Below are positions 38,560 to 51,430 of a DNA stretch of 64,000 nucleotides, one piece after another. Origin of the DNA: Mobula hypostoma (lineage: Eukaryota); NCBI RefSeq assembly GCF_963921235.1, contig NC_086097.1:213158001-213222000 (forward strand). The letters run 5' to 3'. Each line of letters begins with the position of its first letter. The first letter of the stretch is position 1. A model generated the notes under the pieces. That model was not told the DNA's origin and did not search any database. It was given only the letters and a program-made list of their open reading frames with translations. The position numbers and the translations under genes were made by a program.

Positions 38560-38871
38560 GACTAGAGAGCAATGCATTATATATTTGAGATGAGATGCAT
38601 CCTATAATGAGTTGGAGTTTATTGCTAAGGGGGGGGAGTGAAGTATATTGAATATTTCGGTAATATTTGAGTAACGTTGTAAATACATTGTTTGATTAAA
38701 CATTCTTTTTTAACATAATTAATTAAGAAGTACATGAATGGTATATGTCACTATGCCATCACGTCATATGTGAACACCTCACTAAAAAAAAAGTTAAAAA
38801 TACTAAATAGACAAGTATCCCTGCTCCAGTGTTTTTCCTTCAATTAGTTTCTGGAGTTACAAAATGTAACA
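38560..38871 (+). mobile_element. LTR retrotransposon 3' end (PPT + 3' LTR)
   Basis: Purine run (aag, poly-G, ag) directly before TG at 38639; segment ends in tgtaaca at 38871. Confidence 0.5.
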
Positions 38872-39149
38872 AAGATCCTGTCAAAGTTTCAACCCCAGGA
38901 AGATAAAATTAAACAAAGGAACAGAAGAAGAAATGCACAAATTAATTCAAGGCATCTTGGCTTTAAAAATCGAAGTTATGGTCCAGGATGAGTCAAGCAA
39001 GCATGCGCCAAGGTTTCAGTCTTATTTTTCAGTCACTGTTGCTAAGGCAGAACACTGGGCATTGGCACGAGTGTGGATTAGTAAAGAAGCTGACATCACT
39101 GACAAGTAACAAGTAATAGGAAGAAAAGTTCTAGCTTCCAAAGATCGAA

Positions 39150-39485
39150 CTGTGGAGTCATACAGCACAGAAACAGACATTTCAACCCATAGGTCCATTG
39201 CCATCATTAAACACCCATCTCCGCTAATCCTCTTTTTTTACACTCCCACCATTCCTAGCAATACCCCCTGATTTTACTAGTCAACCACACAGTAGGAGCA
39301 ATTTACAGTGGCTAATCAACTGATAACCTGCAGATTACAAATGCAGGAGGAAACAGGAGCACCCAGAAAAAAATGCATGCAATCACTGAGAGAACATGCA
39401 AATTCCTCACAGACAACTTCCAGGATCAGTAATGAACCAGGTCAATGAAGTGGTGAGGCAGCTACTCAACTGTCTGCACAACTGG
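39150..39485 (-). mobile_element. V-SINE (HE1-like)
   Basis: Reverse complement of a CR1-derived tail (gagtcatacagcacagaaacag), V-core (ggaggaaacaggagcacccag...gagaacatgcaaa) and tRNA-like head. Confidence 0.7.
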
Positions 39486-40010
39486 GTATCACTGCACGAG
39501 CAATGCAGTTTAATTACTCTCTCCAGAGTTTAGATTAATCTAGTTGAGGACAGTTCATTATATTTACCACATTATATCTGTTGGTTGGACCTTGTGCATC
39601 TAGAATCTGTGGTCATGGATCCAGTACAACTTTAGCTTTATTACTTTTATTTTCTTCAATTTATTGCATTAAAAACTGGTGTTAATAGTGAAGTAACAGG
39701 CAGCACTTAAATTGTTTCTGAATTCTACAACCCAATGTTAAAGAAGAATATTACCAAATGAAATATAACTCAACAAACTTAATCAATAAAGGGAATTCAT
39801 AAGTAACAGAAAATTAACACTTGCTCATTGTAAGCATGAATTGAAGAAATCAACATTTCAAATCTTCCAATTTCAGTAACAGCATCCAAGGTCAATGATG
39901 AACCAGGTCGCTGGGCTTCATGCAAATTAGCAAGTTATCGCAATCTATTTTATCTATTTTGAAATAGGTTCTATAATTTCTTTTCTATCCAAACAAAAAA
40001 GCATTCTTTC

Positions 40011-40384
40011 GCAACACACACAAAATGCTGGAGGAACTCAGCAGGTCAGGCAGCGCCTATGGAAATGAATAAACAGCAGATATTTCGGGCTGAGACCTTC
40101 TCTTCAACGGGATTCAGTGAGACCCTCTCTCACCGCTCCCCCTCTGTGATCTCTGCTGCCCTCCAACTCTTCAACCTTGTACTCACTCAGACTCGCCACC
40201 AGAGATCCTCCTTCCCCTCCCCTGAGGTTTTTACTCTGGCGTCTTCCTCCTTCCTCAGGAAGGGTCTCGGCCCGTAACATCGACTGTTTATTCATCTCCA
40301 TCCACGCTGCCTAACCTGCTGAGTTTCTCCAGCATTTTGTGTGTGTTGCTTCGGATTTCCAGCATCTGCAGAATTTCTCATATT
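40011..40384. mobile_element. Fold-back PLE derivative with ~160-bp spacer
   Basis: gcaacacacacaaaatgctggagg... and its reverse complement ...ccagcattttgtgtgtgttgc; both hammerhead cores damaged. Confidence 0.8.
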
Positions 40385-41269
40385 TAAGATATTCCGTATC
40401 CAGTCTGTATCTTTCAATGTATGGGTGCCCTGGCTACAAATTATCTGATTCCAAGTTTCCTTTACAAATTCTTAATATTTACAGAACATAGAGCAAGCAG
40501 TTACAGGCCTTTTGACTCATGATGTTTTATCAACTTTTTAAACTACTCCAAGACCAATTTAATGCTTGCCCCCATATAGCCTATTTATTTTTTCGTCCAT
40601 GTGCCTATCTAAGTGTATCTTAAAAGTTCCTAATGTACCCATCCCTACCATTACCCATGGCAAAGCATTTCTTGCACCCACCACTCTCTGTAAAAAAACA
40701 TACCTATGACGTCCTTACTATACTTTCCTCCAAACACTTTAAAACTATGCTCTATTGTTTTAGCCATTTCTGCTCTGGGAAAAGGGGGTTTGCTGTCCAC
40801 TTAGTCTCTGCTTATTATCGTCTTGTCCACCTCTATCAAGTTACTGTACCCCTCATCCTCTTTTGCTGCAAAGAGAAAAGCCCTAATTACTCAAACTTTC
40901 CTCAAAAGACCTGCTTACAATCCAGTCATAATCCTGGTAAATCTCCTCTGCACCTTCTCTAAAGTTTCCACATCCTTCCTATAATGAGGCATCCAGAATT
41001 AAACACAATATTCCAGAGTGGTTTTATTTAGCTCCAAGATAACCTCACGGCTCTTGAACTCAGTCCCCCCAACTAACGAAGGCCAACACACCATACACCT
41101 TCTTAACCACCCTGTCAAGTAGCGCAACAATTTTGAGGGATCTATGGACTTGGACCAAGATTACCCTGTTCCTCCACAATGCTAAGAATCCTGAATCCTG
41201 AATCCTTTACTCTGCCTTTAAGTTCAACCTTCCAAACTGCCTTGCTTCATCCTTTTCCAGATTGAAAAT

Positions 41270-41925
41270 CCAGTAAGGCCTCCTTACCAACAGAGAGACC
41301 CGACGTAAATTGGGACCACCCTTTGGTTGATCACCATCGCTCCACCCGCCACAAAAGGTGGAAGTTCCCAGTGGCCACCCATCTTAATTCCACTTGCCAT
41401 TCCCATTCCAACACGGCACTCCATGGCCCCATCTATTGCTAGAGGAGCAACATCTCATATTCTGTCTGGATAACCTCCAACCTGATGCCATGAACATCAA
41501 TTTTTCCAATAATTTCTCCTCTTTCTCTCTTTTTCCATTCTCCATTCTGGCTCCTCTATACCCCTTCTCTTCTCGCCTGCCTATCACTTCCCTCGGGTGC
41601 CCCCCTCTTTCCCTTTTACCTATGATCCACTCTCCTCTCCTATCAGATTATTTTTTCCCAGCCGTTTATCTCTTCTACCTCTCACCTCCCAGCTTCTCAT
41701 TTCATCCCCTGTCCCCACCCACCCACCTCCCCCCTTACCAGCCAGCTTGTACTTCTTCCCTCCCCGCATCTATACTGGCTTCTTCACCCTTCTTTTCCAG
41801 TCGTGATGAGGGGTCATGGCCCGAAACATCAACTGTTTATTCCCCTCCATAGATGCTACCTGAGTTACTTCAACATTTTGTGTGTGTTGCTCTGGATTTG
41901 CAGCATCTGCAGAATCTTTGTATTT
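41270..41925 (+). mobile_element. Penelope-like element 3' fragment
   Basis: LEEQHLIFCLDNLQPDAMNINFSN plus terminus with a degenerate hammerhead (gtgatgaggggtcatggcccgaaacatc). Confidence 0.82.
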
Positions 41926-43129
41926 TTAACTCCAGCTGCCACTTCTCAGTCCAACTCCGCATCCTATCAATGTCCCATTGTAACCTCTACACTATCCACA
42001 ACACCATCAAACTTCATGTCATCTGCAAACTTACTAATTCAGCCTTCCACTTTCTGAAAGTCACTTATGAAAATCACAAACAGCAGAAGTCCTAGAATTG
42101 ATCCCTGCAAACCACCACTGATCACTGACCTCCAAGTTAAATACGGTCCATCTACAACCACCTTCTACTTTCTATGGGCAAACCAGTTCTGAATCCACAT
42201 AGCCATGTTTCCCTTGATCCCATGTCTCCTGATTTTCTGAATGAGCTTACCATGGGGAACCATATTAAGTACCTTACTAAAATCTAAATACACCCCATCC
42301 ATTGTTCTACCTTCAATTTGTTTTGTCACTTCCTTGAAGAATTCAATCAGACTCATGAGGCACACACCCATGCTGATTAGCCCTCATCAAACGAAGCTTC
42401 TCCAAATGCTTGGAATTCTTGCCTCTAAGAATCTTCTCAAATAATTTGTCCACCACTGATATAAGACTCACTAGTATATAATTCCCAAGATTATCCATAT
42501 TCCATTTCTTGAACAAAGGAATGACATTTTCCACCCTCCAAGCTTCAGCTACTATGCCATTGCCAATGAGAATGCAAAGATCATTACCAAAAGCATAATC
42601 TTATGCACCAAGGACTTCTCATACCCCCTTTTAGCTCTCCTAAGTCCCTTCTTCAGCTCCTTCATGGCTAACTTGTAACTCTCAAGGGAACTGTCTGATC
42701 CTTACTTCCTAAACCTTAAATATGCTTCTTTCTTCCTTTTCACTAGATGTTCTACATCTCTTGGCAACCATCTTTTACCTGCCTCAATGGGACAAACCCA
42801 TCCATAATCCCCTGCAAGTGCTCCCAAAACAACCTCCACATATGGGTTATGGATTTTTACGAGTACAACGGTTCCCCATTTATGCTCCCCATTTCGTGCC
42901 TAATAGCAACATAATTCGCCCTCCTCAATTCAATACCTTCTCATACCATCTGCTTCTATCCCTGTCCAAGTCTATGGTAAATATTAGGAAGCTGCGGTCG
43001 GTGTCTCTGAAACATTCATCCAACAAGGGATCCGTCAACTGACAAGTTCATAGCTGCTAGTATTGTACGAGATTCAGTATGGCCTTGCCTCTAGTAGACC
43101 TGGCCACATATTGTTTCAGAAGCCTTCCT

Positions 43130-44020
43130 GAAATGACAGTGGCACAGGAAGAGGAAGAGGTATTTAAGATGCTTTTAGCCACGTGTGAGGACTGGAATGT
43201 AGCTAAATATTATTCCTTTGTTCAAGAAAGGCTCGAAGAATAAACTGGGAAATTATAGGCTGGTGAGCTTGAAGTCAGTAGTTGGTAAATTATTGGAAGG
43301 TATTCTAAAGGACTGGATATATAAGTTAGACAGGGCATGGTTAGGGATAGCCAACATGGATTTTTGCATGATAGGTCATGTCTAACCAAGCTTATAGAGT
43401 TTTTTGAGGAAGTTACCAAGAAAGTTGATGAAGGAAAGGCTGTAGCCGTTGTCAACATGGATTTTAGCACAGCCTTTGACAAAATTCTGCATTGGAGGCT
43501 GCTCAAGAAGGTTTAGTTGCTTGACATTCAGGATGAGGTAGTAAACTGGATTCAATATTGGCTTCACAGAAGAAACCAGAGAGTGGGTGTAGATGGTGGC
43601 CTCTCTGGCTGGAGACCTGTTACTACTTCCTTGAAAGTGGCATAACAGCTAGATAGTGGACAGGTAGAATGAGAGCTCTTGGCACATTGGCCTTCATAAA
43701 TTAATGTACTGAATATAGAACAGGATTAGGGGTGTTGTGTTGAAGCTGTATAAGAGACTAGTGAGGCCTACTTTGAAATTCAGTATCCAGTTCTGGTCAC
43801 CTAAAATGATAAATAAGATTGAAAGGGTACAGAGAAAATTCACAATGATGTTGCCGAAACATGAGGACCTGAGTGATAAGGAAAAGTTAAATAAGGACTT
43901 TATTCTTCTGAGCGTTGGAAATTTGATTGAGAGATTTGATAGAAGTGTAACTAAGTTATGAGGGGCATAGATAGAGTTAATGCAAGCAGGTGTTTTCCCC
44001 TGAGGTTGAGTGAGCCTAGA
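43130..44020 (+). mobile_element. CR1 RT fragment
   Basis: ggaaattataggctggtgagc (GNYRLVS), atggattttagcacagcctttgac (MDFSTAFD), LYKRLVRPTLKFSIQFWSP. Confidence 0.82.
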
Positions 44021-44949
44021 ACTACTCCCCCACCTTACTTACCTCCCTCCTTGTAACTTTTGAAACATCTAAACCCTGGAACAACCAGCATTCATTCCTG
44101 CTCTTGTAATAGACAAGCATCAGTCATGGCCACAATACCATAGTTCTGTGTATTGATCCATATTCTTAAGTTCGTCACCCTTGTTCCTGATACTTCTTAT
44201 ATTTCAACCCATCCAACTGACTGTATTTATGACTATCCTTCCTCACCACCTGTCTACAGACTGTATCTACCTTTACACCAACTGCTCTATCATTCTGGTT
44301 CCCATCCCCTTGCCAATCCAACCTAAATCGTCCCCAGCAGCTCTAGCAAATCTGTCCACAGAATATGGCCAGGGATAAGCCATTCCTTTTGAACAAGCCA
44401 TACCTTCCCCAGAAGAGATGCCAATGATCAACAAATCTGAAAAGCTGCCCCCTGTACCAATTCATCAGCCACACATTCACCTGCCATATTATCCTATTCT
44501 TACCCTCACCAGTATGTAGCACAGGTAGCAATCTGGGCAGTCAAATGCAATAACCACACTTGAGGTCTTGATTCTCGGATTTCCACCTATTCATTCTTTA
44601 GAATCTCATCCCTTTTCCTACATATGTCATTGGTATCAATATGTAACACAATTGCTCCTCATCCTCCCTGCTTAAGAATGCTGTGGACCCAATCTGAGAC
44701 ATCCTTGACCCTAGCACCTGGGAGATATATTCACATCCAGCAGTCTCTTTCACATCCACAGAAATTCCTGCCTATTCCCCTAACTATTGAATCTTGAATC
44801 ACTCCCACTCTCCTCTTCAAATTATTGTGTATGATTATTTATCAATTATGGGTCAATGACAGCATGCTGACCAGCATCAGATTTTGAGTCATTTCCTGCT
44901 TGAAAAAAGCAGGAAGTTTTTTCAAAGAGAGTCTTTGTTTGGAGTACTG

Positions 44950-47900
44950 CGCAGACATAGTAGAAACATTCCCGCACAAGTCCGACGAAGAGCTTTAAAA
45001 ACCACTATCTAATAAAAGAGAGGTACCGTCTAGCAGAGCGGTCATCGCGGGAGTGGTCATCATTGGAGTGGACTGAATCAGATTAGTAAGGCTTTGCCTC
45101 AATAGGGCTTCGGCGAGAACAAGCGGAGGCAAAGTGAATAAGTAAATTCTTATTTAACTACTGAGAGAATAGGGGGTATGTCTCCAGGGCCAGTGTCCTG
45201 TTCTGGGTGTCAGATGTAGGATTTCCGGGAGACTACCAGCCTCCCTGATGGACCAGGTGCTTCAAGATGCAGCTCCTTAGAGACCATGTTAGGGAGCTGT
45301 AGCTCAATGACCTTCGGCTTGTTTGGGAAAGTGAAGCAGTGACAGACAGGAGCTACACAGAGGTAGTCACCAAGGGTACAGGAGACAGATAAATGGGTGA
45401 CTGTCAGGAGAGGGAAGGGAGAATGTCAGATAGTGGAGAGCAGACCTGTGGCTGTCCCCCTCAACAATAAGTACTGTATTTTGAGTACTGTTGGGGGGAT
45501 GACCTACCTGGGGGAAGCAACAGCGGCCGTGCCTCTGGCACTGAGTCTGGCCCTGTGGCTCAGAAGGGTAGGGAACTGAAGAGGATGGCAGCAGTAAAAG
45601 GGGAATATAGTTAGGGGGCAGACAGTTAATTCTGTGGGAGATATGGATGGTAGTTTGCCTCCCAGGTGCCAGGGTCTGTGAATTTCTGAACCACAATATC
45701 CTGAAAAGGGAGGGTGAGCAGCCAGAAGTTGTGGTACATATTGGTACCAGTGGCATAGGTAGAAAAAGGAGGAAGCCCTGAAAACAGAATACAGTGAGTT
45801 ACGAAGGAAGCTGAGAAGCAGAACCTCAAGGGCAGTAACCTCGGGATTGCTGCCTGCGTCACGCGACAGTGAGGATAAAAATAGAAAGAGTGGCAGATAA
45901 ATGTGTGGCAAAAGAATTGGAGAAGGGCGCAGGGTTTCAGATTTCTGGATAATTGGGACCGCTTCTGAGGCAGGTGTGACCTGTACACAAGGGATGGGTT
46001 GCACTTGAATCCAAGGGGGACCAATATTCTTGCAAGTAGGTTTACTAGAGTTGTTGGGAGTGGTTTAGACTAATAGAGCGGGAGGGGTGGGGTGGGAATC
46101 AGTATGATAGAGCTGAGGATGAGCCAGCAGGTTTACAAGTAGATGATGGGTGTAACATTAATGTAAGGAAGGACAAGCCAATGATTGGTTACAAATGCAG
46201 ACAGAGCAAAGAGCTAAATTGTACTACAGAGGCAAAATTCAAAAGGGGGAAGAACGCAGGACTAAAGTTGCTGTTTTTAAATGTGCGTAGCATTCGGAAT
46301 AAGGTAGAGATTGGTCAGTATGACGTTGTGAACATCACTGTGTGCTGGCTGAAAGGTGGCCATAGTTGGGAGTTTAACATCAAAGGATATACTTTGTATC
46401 AAGACGACAGGCAGGAGGGTATAGGTGATGGTGTGGCTCTGTTGATAAGAGATGGAACTACATCTTTAGAAAGAGGTGACCTAGGGTCAGAGAATGTTGA
46501 ATCTTTGTGCTTAAGAAACTGCATGGGTAAAAATGACCATTATGGTAATCACATACAGGCCTCCACATAGTAGCCAAGATGTGGGGTTGAGATTGAAATG
46601 GGTGCTGGAAAGGGCATATAATGGAATGTAAATTACAATTGTAATGGGGATTGGGAAAATTAGGTTGGTGTCTGATCACAAGAGAGGGAATTTGTTCAAT
46701 GCCTATGAGATGGCTTTTAGAGGAGCTTATGCTTGAGCCTACTCAGGGAAAGGCTAACTTAGATTGGGTGTTGTCCAATAACCCAGATCTTATTAGGGAG
46801 CTTAACATAAACAAACCCTTAGGAGGCAGTGAACATAATATGATTGAATTCATACTGCAATTTTTGAGAGGGAGAAGCACAAGTCAGACGTATTAGTATC
46901 ACAATGGAATAAAGGGAATTACGGAGGCATGAGAGAGGAGCTTGCCCAGGGGGACTGGAGGGGGATACTGGAGGGGATGATGGCATAACAGAAGTAGCTG
47001 AAGTTTCTAGGAATAGATCACAAGGCACAGGATAGATATGTCCTACAGAAGAAGTTGTTCTCAAATGCCAGGGATAGGCAACTGTGGCTGACAAGGGAAT
47101 TTAAAGACTGTATAAAAGCCAAGGAAAGGGCACACAAGGTAACAAAAGTGAGTGGGAAGTTGGATGATTGGGAAGCTTTTAAAATCCAACAAAAGGCAAC
47201 TAAAAAAGCTTTAAGAAGGGAAAAGATGAAATATGAGGGCAAACTAGCCAATAATATAAAACAGGATATTAGAAGTTTTTTTACCTTATATAGACAGTAA
47301 AAGGGAGATGAAAGTTGATATTGGGCCACTGAAAAATGATACTGGTGAGGTAGTAATGGGGGGACAAAGAAATGGCAGATGAACTCAATGGGTACTTTGC
47401 GCTAGGACACTAACAGTGTGCCAGAGGTCCGTGCGTTTAGGGGAGCAGGAGTGAGTACCATTGTTATTATAAAGGAAAAAAATGCAAGGTTAACTGAAAG
47501 GTCTTAAGATGGATAAGTCATCTGAACCAGATGGACAACATCCCAGAGACCTGAGAGAGGATGCTGAAGAGATAACAGGTGCATTGGTCATGATTTTTCA
47601 AGAATCACTTGTTCCTGGCATGGTCCCAGAGGACTAGAAGATTACAAATGTCACTCCTCTCTTTAAGAAGGGAGGAAGGCAAAAGAAAGAAAACCACAGG
47701 CCCGTTGGCCTAACCTCAGTGGTTGGAAAAGTGTTGGAGTCGATTATTAAGGATGAGGTTTCGGGGTAATGGGAGACTAATGAGTCAAAGTCGACATGGT
47801 TTCTGTAAAGTGAAATCTTGCCTAATAAATCTGTTAGAGTTCTTCGAGTAAGTAACCAGCAGGGTGGACAAAGGAAAGGTAGTGGGTGTCACTTACTTGA

Positions 47901-49210
47901 ATTTATAAGCAGTTGATAAGTTGCCACACATGAGGCTGCTTCACAAGATAAAACCCTATGGTGTTACAGGGAAGATACTGGCATGGATAGAGGAATGGCT
48001 GACAGGCAGGAGGTAGTAAGTGGGAATAAAAGGGGCCTTTTCTGATTGGCTGCCAGTGACTAGTGGTTTTCCTCAGGGGTCACTACTGGGACAGCTGTTT
48101 TTCACATTGTTTGTCAATGATTTAGATAATGGAATTGATGGCTTTGTAGCAAAGTTTGCGGATGATACAAAGATAGATAAAGAGGTAGATGGTGAACGCA
48201 GCAGGCCAGGCAGCATCTCTAGGAAGAGGTATAGTTGACGTTTCGGGCCGGGATCCTTCTCGTCTTCGCTGCCTGGCCTGCTGCGTTCACCAGCAACTTT
48301 TATGTGTGTTGCTTGAAATTCCAGCATCTGCAGATTTCCTCGTGTTGGAGAGGTAGGTAGTGCTGAGGAAGCAATGCGATTTCAGCATGACTTAGACAAA
48401 GTAGAAGAATGGGCAAAAAAGTGGTAGATGGAATACAGCATTGAGAAATGTATGATAATGCATTTTGGTAAAAGGAACAATAGTGCAGACTATTATCCAA
48501 ATGGGGAGAAAATTCAAACATCAGAGGTGCAGAGGGACTTAGAAGTCCACATGCAAAGCTCCCAGAAGGTTAATTTACAGGTTGTGTCTGTGATGAAGGC
48601 GGCAAATGCAATGTTGGCATTTATTTCAAAGGGAATGGAATAGAAAAGCAAGGAGATAATGTCAAGTCTTTAGAAGACATTAGTCAGGCCGCACTTGGAG
48701 TATTGTCAACAGTTTTAGGGCCCATATCTCAGAAAAGATGTATTGTCATTGGAGGGAGTCCAGAGGATGATTTTGGGAATGAAGGGGTCAACATATGAGG
48801 AGTGTTTGGCAGCTTTGGGCCTGTACTCACTGGAATTTAGAAGTATGTGGGTGAGGGGATCTCAATGAAACCTACTAAATGTTGAAAGGACTAGATAGGG
48901 TGTATGTGGAGAGGATGTTTCCAGTGATGGGAGTATCCAGAACTAGAGGGAACAGCCTCAAAGTTGAGGGGAAACCTTTTAGAACAGAGGTAAGGAGGAA
49001 ATTTTTTAGCCAGAGAGTGAATCTGTGGAATGCTCTGACACAAACTGCAGATAGAAGCCAAGTCCATGGTTATATTTAAAGCAGAAGTTGATAGTTTCCT
49101 GATTGGTCAGGGCATCAAAGGATATGGCAAGAAGGCAGGTGTATGGAGTTGAGTGGGATCTGAGATCAGCCATGATGGAATGGAGGAGCAGAGTCTATGG
49201 GCTGAATGAC
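44950..49210 (+). mobile_element. Near full-length decayed CR1 (5'UTR, ORF1 with SGNH-esterase-like domain, ORF2, 3'UTR)
   Basis: VVVHIGT and DGLHLNPRGTNIL in ORF1; FLNVRSIRNK, LGGSEHN, KFADDTK, FFSQRVNLWN in ORF2. Many stops. Confidence 0.9.
48189..48348. mobile_element. Short fold-back PLE derivative inserted in the CR1 RT
   Basis: ggtgaacgcagcaggccaggcagc and its reverse complement. TSD core agaggtag at 48181-48188 and 48349-48356. Confidence 0.82.
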
Positions 49211-49244
49211 CCAAATCCATACCAACTCATTATTGCAACACAGA

Positions 49245-49510
49245 GAAAGAGCTGTACTGTCAGAGGTGCTGATTTCAGCAAACCCACACTATCAACTATC
49301 TCTGGGCGATTATAAATGAACACCATTTTGAAAAGGAACAAGGAGATTATCCCTACTATCCAAATTCTCAATCAAGATTTACCAAAAAAAATCAGAACTT
49401 TTTTTAAGCTTGTTGTGCAGCTTGTTGTAAGGTGGTAGCCAATCAATAATTTATATACTGCCATAATAACTTCATTACAGCAATGTGGCACTTTTGAAAA
49501 ATGCTTTTAA
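49245..49510 (+). mobile_element. Ancient DeuSINE-like remnant
   Basis: gctgtactgtcagaggtgct...ccattttgaaaaggaacaaggagattatccc resembles the Deu core (from memory). Confidence 0.45.
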
Positions 49511-49599
49511 ATTTACTTACAAGGATGCAGAGCACAGTGCAGATAAGATGTTTTCCTGATAATTCCAGTTCTTGAGATCTCTTATGCTCTATACAGATC

Positions 49600-50028
49600 A
49601 ATAGCAGACACCAACAGAATCAACAAACTCATTCGTAAGGCCAGTGATGTTGTGGAGATGGAACTGGACTCTCTGACTGTGGTATCTGCAAAAAGGATGC
49701 TGTCCAAGTTGCATGCCATCTTGGACAATGTTTCCAATCTACTACATAATGTACTGGGTGGGCACAGGAGTACATTCAGCCAGAGACTCATTCCACCAAG
49801 ATGCAACACAGAGCATCATAGGAAGTCATTCCGGCCTGTGGCCATCAAACTTTACAACTCCTCCCTTGGAGGGTCAGACACCCTGAGCCAATAGGCTGGT
49901 CCTGGACTTATTTCCATCTGGTATAATTTACATATTACTATTTAACTATTTATGGTTTTATTACTATTTATTATTTATGGTGCAACTGTAACGAAAACCT
50001 GGGATCAATAAAATATGACTATGACTAT
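49600..50028 (+). mobile_element. Rex1-type LINE 3' end
   Basis: RMLSKLHAILDNVS...FSQRLIPPRCNTEHHRKSFRPVAIKLYN and a (tatgac)n tail. A reverse copy of the same tail lies at 60035-60122. Confidence 0.8.
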
Positions 50029-50580
50029 AATAGTTCTGGACAGATATTAGAAAACCACACAACACACAGCAAGAACTATTAGGTCTGAAGGTTGCGAAAA
50101 CTCACCGTGTTGTCAAATGAGCCCTGAAATTTGATATCTGGCAATGAAAATCTGAATAACTTATGGGTGCTACATCAGGGACACTTGCAACAGGGCATTT
50201 TTATAATAAAATTTTAACATTGTCCACTGACACCAACTTTCGAATAAACTATTCTAAATATAGCTAAATTTAGCACCTGCTCTGCGACATAGTTATTTTT
50301 GTGCAGAAGTCAATTTTCTGTGGATTTGGAAAAAAAAGGGATTTCCAAATATCTCTGTGCTTCATTTGTGGCAAAGTAGTAGATGTTTTCATAACCTCAC
50401 TACAAATAGCAAAAAAGCTAACAAGTCTACTGGGAACCACTTCTGAGCATCGATTCAATCTACATTGTAATTTACGAATAACAGTTCTAAGAGTAAAATA
50501 TATTAGAAATATGAGTTCGTGCAAAAAAAGAAACGTTCCATAATTAACGTAAAAATTAAAATATATGAAATTTTACATAC

Positions 50581-50772
50581 CTGATTTGGATTTCAGTAAT
50601 ATCCGAATGGTGTGACCATCATTAATTACTTCAGAATCACGACAGACCACATAATTTGGGGATAAACGTACGTCCAGTAGCGAAGGGTCATACTTTGCCT
50701 CCCTGGAGTTCAAATTTATAGGAGATTGATACACTCCATTAGCTGCAGGGAATAACAATCCCCATTCCACTC
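50581..50772 (-). CDS. CA8: CA8 coding exon 2 ([64 protein letters not shown])
   Basis: Acceptor TATTTTAG| and donor G|GTATGT. 192 nt. Peptide closely matches vertebrate CA8 ([16 protein letters not shown]) and is visible inside ORF 50573..50869. Confidence 0.97.
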
Positions 50773-51189
50773 CTAAAATAGAATAGACGTAGATCCTTTC
50801 AAATATAATAAAATTAAAACCCTTACAATAACCATATACGCGCAGTTTTGCAGACTGAACGTAAAGCAAATTTGCTGTAATACTCGGAGACGGTTTATCT
50901 CTAGCACGTTATTATACCAATAAATAATTGGACCTCACACAGTTTTGCACAGCACTAAAAATTAAGAAAGTAACCTAATGTCCTTAAATATAGTTCATTG
51001 AATCAACATAAAGGTAAATTAATTATTACATGCGGAGAGAAATAGACGTCCTGCGAAGGAAACAAATCCAAAACAAGAACTATTTTTCAGGTTTATGGAG
51101 GGTATAATTAGCGGACGATTTCGTGTAATGTCAGCTACCACGCTTCCACTGGCACAGTTCAAATTTTTAAAAAGTTTTCAGAAGCTCAC

Positions 51190-51265
51190 CTTCTTCATAC
51201 CCCCAATCCAACCCTTCCTTATTCCTCTCAGGCTCAGCTTCCTCGATGAAAGTGCAATCGGCCAT
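51190..51265 (-). CDS. CA8: CA8 coding exon 1 (MADCTFIEEAEPERNKEGLDWGYEE+G)
   Basis: ATG at 51265-51263. Translation resembles the CA8 N-terminus (MADxxFIE...EGxxWGYEEG). Donor G|GTGAG at 51190/51189. 76 nt, phase 1, inside a CpG-rich region. Confidence 0.93.
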
Positions 51266-51430
51266 TTGGAACGCTGCCCGGATCTGAGCGGCTCCAGCTG
51301 CGAGGAGACCCGTCCCGATCGCGCGCACAAGGACCAGCCCCCACGCGCACCTTCGCCGGTCGTCGGGCGCGCGCAGGAAGCGATTCGCTCTCTACCTGCG
51401 CGCTTCGCTGCCGATTCCCAGGCTCCACTC
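51230..51430. promoter_or_regulatory. CpG-island-like core over the CA8 5'UTR/promoter
   Basis: GC-rich stretch with dense CpG (e.g. gatcgcgcgcac, cgtcgggcgcgcgcag) at and upstream of the ATG, in otherwise CpG-poor DNA. Raised CpG continues over about 50.4-52.2 kb. Confidence 0.75.

Larger units (their letters stand above)
40485..44820 (-). mobile_element. Decayed CR1 (3' tail to ORF1), interrupted by a PLE (41270-41925) and a plus-strand CR1 piece (43130-44020)
   Basis: YLDFSKVLNMVPH, NVIPLFKK, DHWHLFWGRYGLFKRNGL (ORF1 esterase-like). Confidence 0.82.
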
